From contig CAVTKD010000003.1 in assembly GCA_963735235.1 (NCBI GenBank), forward strand, positions 4,441 through 68,440: DNA of 64,000 nt, given 5' to 3'. This stretch comes from an uncultured Solirubrobacterales bacterium (GTDB lineage: Bacteria; Actinomycetota; Thermoleophilia; Solirubrobacterales; 70-9). Positions 59,701 to 64,000 of this stretch are shown piece by piece. Within the stretch, counting starts at the first letter, position 1. Every line of letters begins with the position of its first letter. Below the pieces are notes generated by a model. That model was not told the DNA's origin and did no database searches. It saw nothing but the letters and a program-made list of their open reading frames with translations. The translations under genes were made by a program, and so were the position numbers.

Positions 59701-60465
59701 TTAGCCAGCCCCAACCTCTTGACGCCAGACATCGATGATGTCCGCGCGCCACATCTTCCGCGTCCCTCCCCGCACCCGCTTTCCCGTCTTGACTTTCTCG
59801 GCGAGTTCAGCCAGAGACCGAGCATGGCGAGGTTGCCAACCATGGCGCACAGCCCACGCACGAAGCTGATTGGTGTCGTAGTCCTCGCCTGCGGCGTTGA
59901 GCAGCTTGAGCATCTGGACAGCCGATTCCTTGTCCGATGGGTGGCCGAGTCCGGTGCTGAGATTGACCGAGTTGGTTAACGACTCCATCGCCTTTTCAAC
60001 CACGGGATTCTCAATGGTCTCGTCGCCGCCGCCTTGCTTCCCCGTCCGAATATCCACGGGATTCCAATTGGTCTTCCATCCGTCGATGTCGGTCCTCGAC
60101 CAAGGGATCGCGCAAATCCCCGGCGGACGAAGACCATCGATCTTGTCGAGCTGCTTGTCATTCACCCACACGGCCAGGATCGGGCCGTCTTCAAATGCGA
60201 CGGGGATCTTTCTCTCGACAAGGAGATCGATGGTGGTCCCGTCAACCTCGATCTGCCGGTTTCGATGAAGCTCGCGTGCAACCTCGGTGCCCACCACCCA
60301 GCCAAGGCTCTCAATTTGAGTCACCCCCGAAACGAACACCGCACCTCTCCGATACCCGCCCTCCTCAGCAACCCTAAACAGCCAGCGGAAACCCTCTGCG
60401 ACAGCAGAGTCATCAGCGCCGTGGGCATCGGCAAAGGCACGCTGAGTGGAATTAGCTCTATTCAT
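59701..60465 (-). CDS. Hypothetical protein (254 aa) upstream of and co-oriented with the CHAT gene
   Basis: Trimmed to MNRANSTQ. It has an alpha/beta-looking N-terminal part (GAVFVSGVTQIESLG, GPILAVWVND) and a helical C-terminal part (LRAWAVRHGWQPRHARSLAELAEKVKTGKR). I recognise no family. The gap to the CHAT gene is 53 nt. Confidence 0.55.
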   Translation of the reverse strand: MNRANSTQRAFADAHGADDSAVAEGFRWLFRVAEEGGYRRGAVFVSGVTQIESLGWVVGTEVARELHRNRQIEVDGTTIDLLVERKIPVAFEDGPILAVWVNDKQLDKIDGLRPPGICAIPWSRTDIDGWKTNWNPVDIRTGKQGGGDETIENPVVEKAMESLTNSVNLSTGLGHPSDKESAVQMLKLLNAAGEDYDTNQLRAWAVRHGWQPRHARSLAELAEKVKTGKRVRGGTRKMWRADIIDVWRQEVGAG

Positions 60466-60535
60466 AGGACAACAAAATACGAGCGACCTCGGTCGATCAG
60501 GCCTCAGGCATAGCGATTTGGGAATACTGGATCGG

Positions 60536-61411
60536 ATGACGCTGATCGTCGGGAGGCACAATCTCAATGGCGTGATTCACGTAGTTGGCGACATGCGTCT
60601 GACTGATCCCGCCGAGATCAGGCGTGGCTATCCCTACGCCGTCCTTAAGAACATCATTCTCGGCCCAGACCACCTCGTGGCCTTCGCGGGAAATGCCGAC
60701 CTCGGGATGCACACGATTCGCAGGCTCAAAGATGCTCCCATTGAAGAGCTTGCGGGTGGGCTTTTTGATTCCGCGAAGGAAGCAGGCGGCGGACCCGGCG
60801 GAGTGGATTACCTGCTGGCCCATACTGAGCGCGGTCTGCAACGGGTCACGGCCAGCGGCGTCGAGGGGCCGACCGACGCCGGATGGATCGGTGACCCGGC
60901 CGCCTTTGAGATCTACCAACGTGGGTACCACGCAGCGCCCGTGCCAGAGCCGCTCTGGATCGAGGGCGTAAGCCCGCCCCGCGATCAATTAGGCGACCCC
61001 GCTGCCATGGAGCCATTCATCCGAATGGGCATGGGAACTTTCGCGCTGATGGAGAGCGAAAGCGTTGCCAGCGTTGGCGAGGTCTTTGTCACGGCCAACT
61101 CAAAAAGGGGCTTTCATTACGAGCAGCAAGGGTTCTTCCAAGCCGATCACGAGCAGGAGATCGGATCAGAGTGGACCGATCTCAACTGGGGGACCGCTGC
61201 CCAAGGGGGGTTTGGGTTCAATCTCCTTCCGCCCAAAGAGCACGGGACTGGGGCCATCGGCCTGTATTTCCCACATGGGGGACTTGGGCTTCTCTACCAC
61301 CCACTGGCTTATGGCGATGCGCTCGTCTATCGGCATGTGACTCACGACGAATTCTGCGCAGCGGTTGCTGAGGATCACGAAATTGAGATCGACGGACCCC
61401 GCCTAGCCTGA
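60536..61411 (+). CDS. Hypothetical protein whose N-terminal ~160 aa resemble an HslV/proteasome beta-type Thr1 Ntn-hydrolase, plus an unknown C-terminal domain
   Basis: Trimmed to MTLIVGRHNLNGVIHVVGDMRLTD. By eye it aligns with E. coli HslV [22 protein letters not shown]...KKVRRL...[14 protein letters not shown] via MT-IV, NG, GD, LKNIIL and LVAFAGNADLGMHT. The CDS itself is confident. The fold call is tentative. Confidence 0.5.
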   Translation: MTLIVGRHNLNGVIHVVGDMRLTDPAEIRRGYPYAVLKNIILGPDHLVAFAGNADLGMHTIRRLKDAPIEELAGGLFDSAKEAGGGPGGVDYLLAHTERGLQRVTASGVEGPTDAGWIGDPAAFEIYQRGYHAAPVPEPLWIEGVSPPRDQLGDPAAMEPFIRMGMGTFALMESESVASVGEVFVTANSKRGFHYEQQGFFQADHEQEIGSEWTDLNWGTAAQGGFGFNLLPPKEHGTGAIGLYFPHGGLGLLYHPLAYGDALVYRHVTHDEFCAAVAEDHEIEIDGPRLA

Positions 61412-61426
61412 ATCCACGGGCGTTTC

Positions 61427-61459
61427 GTGCGCCACTGGTGCGCCAGTCGTGCGCCAGTA
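61427..61459. repeat. Three tandem 11-bp repeats, GTGCGCCA(C/G)T(G/C/A), at the right edge of the islet
   Basis: GTGCGCCACTG GTGCGCCAGTC GTGCGCCAGTA. They are followed by the tandem aaCCGGACTc agCCGGACTg (61471-61490) and the hairpin CCGCTT-GAAC-AAGCGG (61495-61510). Confidence 0.9.
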
Positions 61460-61536
61460 CGACCGGAAACAACCGGACTCAGCCGGACTGCGCTCCGCTT
61501 GAACAAGCGGAATCCCCAGTGCCCATGCGCCCCGAT

Positions 61537-61935
61537 CTAAATGAAGTACATGCCGGAGCCGGACTCTTCGGCCTCGCGGCGGGCGACTTCGGCGATCGTG
61601 GTCTGGCCGAAGACCTTGCGCAGCGCCGTCACTCCCTCCGACCAGATACCCCCCGCCTCGTCGGCCTCCTGGCCGATCTTGCCGTCCAGCGCCTGCACGA
61701 CCTCCAGCACGGTGATCTCTTCGGCCGGGCGCGAGAGCGTGTAGCCGCCGCGCATGCCGCGATGGCTGGTCAGCAAACCGGCCCGCCGCAGAGTCGAGAA
61801 GAGCTGCTCGAGGAACTGCTCGGGGATCTCGCGGCGCTCGGCCAGCTCCTTGATCGGCACCGGCCGCTCGCCGGAGCGGGCGAGCTCGGCGAGGGCGACG
61901 ACCGCGTAGCGGGACTTGGAGGTGATCGAGATCAC
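61537..61935 (-). CDS. Rrf2-family transcriptional regulator (CymR/IscR-like)
   Basis: 132 aa. Motifs: MISITSKSRYAVVALAELA, PVPIKELAERREIPEQFLEQLFSTLRRAGLL.S.RG..GGY.L. Confidence 0.88.
   Translation of the reverse strand: MISITSKSRYAVVALAELARSGERPVPIKELAERREIPEQFLEQLFSTLRRAGLLTSHRGMRGGYTLSRPAEEITVLEVVQALDGKIGQEADEAGGIWSEGVTALRKVFGQTTIAEVARREAEESGSGMYFI
61541..61557. repeat. Right copy of the perfect 17-bp direct repeat (attR-like), inside the 3' end of the Rrf2 gene
   Basis: ATGAAGTACATGCCGGA. The minus strand reads ...TCC GGC ATG TAC TTC ATT TAG, which is SGMYFI-stop of the intact Rrf2 ORF. Confidence 0.95.
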
Positions 61936-62063
61936 GACGCCCTTTCTACCGCACCGATCCGGGCTGGGCTAGGATCGGAATCAACGGGGTCGTTATCGGC
62001 AGACGGGTCCAATCCGCAAACGAGTGATCGGAAGCAGTCCTGAGCGAGCGCCCAAACTGCCTT

Positions 62064-62660
62064 GTGATCGACGATCACCCACTGGTCCGGCTCGGAGTCC
62101 GTGGCGTGCTCGAGGACAGCTTCGAGATCCACGAGTCCTCCAGCCGCGAGGAGGCCCTCGGCCTCGTCCAGGACATCGACGACTTCGACGTCGCGATCGT
62201 CGACATGCGCTGGCGGCTGAACGGCACCGGCGCCTCGATCAGCGGCCAGGAGGCGATCCGGGAAATGCGCCGCTCCTCGCCGGTGCTCGGGATCGTCGCC
62301 CACGGCGAGCGCCCCGAGCGGCACACCGCCAGCGCCGCGATGCAGGCCGGCGCCAGCGCCTATGTGGCGCGAACCGCCAGCCCCGCCGAGCTGTGCCGCG
62401 CGGTCGCCGCGGCGGCCGCCCAGGAGAGCTACGTCGACCCGGCCGTGCCGCCGAAAGGCAGCCGCGGCAAGCTGACCCGGCGCCAGCGCGAGATCCTGCA
62501 GCTGCTGGCCGACGGCGAGTCGACCACCGTGGCGGCACGCGAACTCGACCTCAGCGAAGAGACCGTGAAGACCCACATCAAGGTCGCCCTCGCCCGCCTC
62601 GGCGCCAAGAACCGAACGCACGCCGTGGCGATCGCCCTGCGCGAGTGCCTGATCGACTAG
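62064..62660 (+). CDS. NarL/FixJ-type response regulator (receiver + LuxR HTH), N-terminus apparently short
   Basis: The GTG start gives M-IDDHPLVR. The receiver Asp is in VAIVDM. The LuxR HTH is LTRRQREILQLLADGESTTVAARELDLSEETVKTHI. Only CLV precedes the acidic pair before an in-frame stop at 62025. Confidence 0.78.
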   Translation: MIDDHPLVRLGVRGVLEDSFEIHESSSREEALGLVQDIDDFDVAIVDMRWRLNGTGASISGQEAIREMRRSSPVLGIVAHGERPERHTASAAMQAGASAYVARTASPAELCRAVAAAAAQESYVDPAVPPKGSRGKLTRRQREILQLLADGESTTVAARELDLSEETVKTHIKVALARLGAKNRTHAVAIALRECLID

Positions 62661-62667
62661 CCGCGGG

Positions 62668-63759
62668 CTAGATCCAGCCGCAGTCGCGGGCGGTGAGAAC
62701 CGCCTGGGCACGGTCGACGGCGCCGATCTTGCCGTAGACGTTGTGGAGGTGGGTGCGGATGGTTGAAACAGAGAGCTGCATCTCGCTGGCGATCTGCTTG
62801 TAGACCATGCCCTCGGAGAGGTGACGGAGGACGTCGAGCTCCCGCGCGGAGAGCGGGCAGGGCTCGCTGATCCGGGAGGCGTCCTTGCGAGCCAACGGCA
62901 GCTCGTAGAGAAGGTCGCGGAGCGCGTCTGGACCGAGGCCGCAGCGCTCGGCACTGGCCCGCAGCCGTTCCGGTGAGATCGCCTCGCCCTGGGAGTAGTG
63001 GGCGACCATGTCCGCGGTTGCGACCATCGCCGCGAAGCCGTCGGCGTCCTCGGCATGGTGGCGCTCGATTGCCACGGCGATGCGCTGCGGCAGGTTCCAG
63101 CGCCGGGCGAGAACGCCGCCGACGAGGGTGTGGTCGATGCCGAGCTGGTCACGTTCGTCACGCAGGCGCTGCTCGGGAGTCCGCGAGACGGCGTCGAAAT
63201 AGACCTTGTAGCCGGGATGAAGCCTGGAGATGACCAGGCGGCCGACGTCGTGCAGGAGGGCGGCGACGGCCAGCTCGTCGCGTTCGACCCAGCCGACCAC
63301 GCGGCCGATTTGATCAGCGGCGCGCTGGGTGGCGAGGGCGTGGACGCGAAAGCGCTCCGGCTTCAACTCCCAACCGCCGTTGGACTCGAAGAAGTCGAAG
63401 CTGGGCGCGGTGCCGGCGATCGCCAGCACGCCGGAGGGCTTGAGCACCTCGATCGCCTCGGGGATGCCGCCGACCCCGCCGGCCACCAGGCCGTTGCGAT
63501 TGGCGAAGCGCAGGACGGAGATCGAGAGCGCGACATCGGACTCGACCGCCTCGACCAGGTCACCGACGCGGGCGGTCTCGGTGGTGGCGGCGGTGATGAC
63601 CCGCTCACGCGACTCGATCAGGACCGGGAAGCGCTCGACCGCCTCGAAGGCGTCCGCGAGCCGGCTGCCTGGAGCGGCACCGCCACGGGAGCCGTTGGCC
63701 TCGGAAGGAAGGTCCGCAACGGCGACCTTGCCGTTGCTCTGAGTGGTTGACACCGCCAT
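62668..63759 (-). CDS. HDOD-domain protein fused to a C-terminal LuxR-type HTH
   Basis: Trimmed to MAVSTTQSNG. HDOD-like features: FPVL, DVALSISVLRFANR, ALLHDVGRLV, and the HD-like IERHHAED. The C-terminal HTH is LSARELDVLRHLSEGMVYKQIASEMQLSVSTIRTHL. Confidence 0.7.
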   Translation of the reverse strand: MAVSTTQSNGKVAVADLPSEANGSRGGAAPGSRLADAFEAVERFPVLIESRERVITAATTETARVGDLVEAVESDVALSISVLRFANRNGLVAGGVGGIPEAIEVLKPSGVLAIAGTAPSFDFFESNGGWELKPERFRVHALATQRAADQIGRVVGWVERDELAVAALLHDVGRLVISRLHPGYKVYFDAVSRTPEQRLRDERDQLGIDHTLVGGVLARRWNLPQRIAVAIERHHAEDADGFAAMVATADMVAHYSQGEAISPERLRASAERCGLGPDALRDLLYELPLARKDASRISEPCPLSARELDVLRHLSEGMVYKQIASEMQLSVSTIRTHLHNVYGKIGAVDRAQAVLTARDCGWI

Positions 63760-63832
63760 TGGCACAACACATCGGCAGTAGGCGACGTTTGGTTTAGCCG
63801 GAAAGTCATTTGAAACCGGCCACGGGGATCGA

Positions 63833-64000
63833 TCATCCGTCCAGTTTTGGATCCTCCAGGCGCCCAACCGCCGTACGAATCCTCTCGACCGCCCGCTCCC
63901 TGCCCAGGGCCGACAGCGACTCGAAGATCCCCGGCGAGACCGAGCTGCCGGTTATCGCGACCCGGATCGGCTGGTAGAGCTTGCCCGGCTTGACCTCGAA
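63833..64000 (-). CDS. gltX: Glutamyl-tRNA synthetase, C-terminal 55 codons only (the gene continues beyond the window)
   Basis: My minus-strand translation is FEVKPGKLYQPIRVAITGSSVSPGIFESLSALGRERAVERIRTAVGRLEDPKLDG-stop, typical of the GltX C-terminal anticodon-binding tail. Confidence 0.7.
   Translation of the reverse strand, partial: FEVKPGKLYQPIRVAITGSSVSPGIFESLSALGRERAVERIRTAVGRLEDPKLDG

Larger units (their letters stand above)
57787..61540. mobile_element. Integrated lower-GC genomic islet (5 genes, no recombinase recognised) in the 3' end of the Rrf2 gene
   Basis: It is bounded by the 17-bp direct repeat. G+C and codon usage visibly differ from both flanks. It interrupts an otherwise coherent cys module (cysE-cysK-acyltransferase | Rrf2). 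Confidence 0.6.

Overview
This is a high-G+C segment (roughly 70 % by eye, not computed) that looks like an actinobacterial chromosome, with dense coding on both strands. I found no rRNA, tRNA, CRISPR array, transposase or integrase.

The backbone is core metabolism:
- argH (partial)
- a branched-chain amino-acid supercluster (cimA, ilvE, leuB, leuD, leuC, leuA, ilvC, ilvN, ilvB)
- serA-serC
- menaquinone genes (menE / menB-menA-menC-menD / menF)
- ndh, gatCAB and folD
- a uvrD/pcrA helicase interrupted by an intein
- cysE-cysK, an Rrf2 (CymR-like) regulator and gltX (partial)

Many long ORFs in the supplied track are antisense or shadow ORFs typical of high-GC DNA. I discarded these or trimmed them to plausible starts.

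The items most worth a second look are:
1. A ~3.8-kb lower-GC islet (57.8-61.5 kb) is inserted into the 3' end of the Rrf2 gene. It is bounded by a perfect 17-bp direct repeat that re-encodes the C-terminus SGMYFI-stop. It carries a coiled-coil CHAT (caspase-like) protein, an unknown 254-aa partner, a divergent protein whose N-terminus looks like an HslV/proteasome-type Thr1 Ntn-hydrolase, and two small genes. It has no recombinase. This is my best candidate for an undescribed conflict/defence-type module.
2. UDP-sulfoquinovose synthase lies divergent from two GT-C glycosyltransferases and a membrane GT2.
3. A Leu-rich leader peptide with an anti-SD pairing lies upstream of leuA.
4. The ilvB-ilvN spacer is strongly structured.
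5. A 24-bp perfect inverted repeat covers the start codon of a TolB-like gene.
6. A membrane ORF and a GMC oxidoreductase are separated only by one in-frame TGA.
7. A low-GC AAA-ATPase cassette is bounded by imperfect inverted repeats.

All functional calls come from recognising motifs in the translations by eye. No database search was run.
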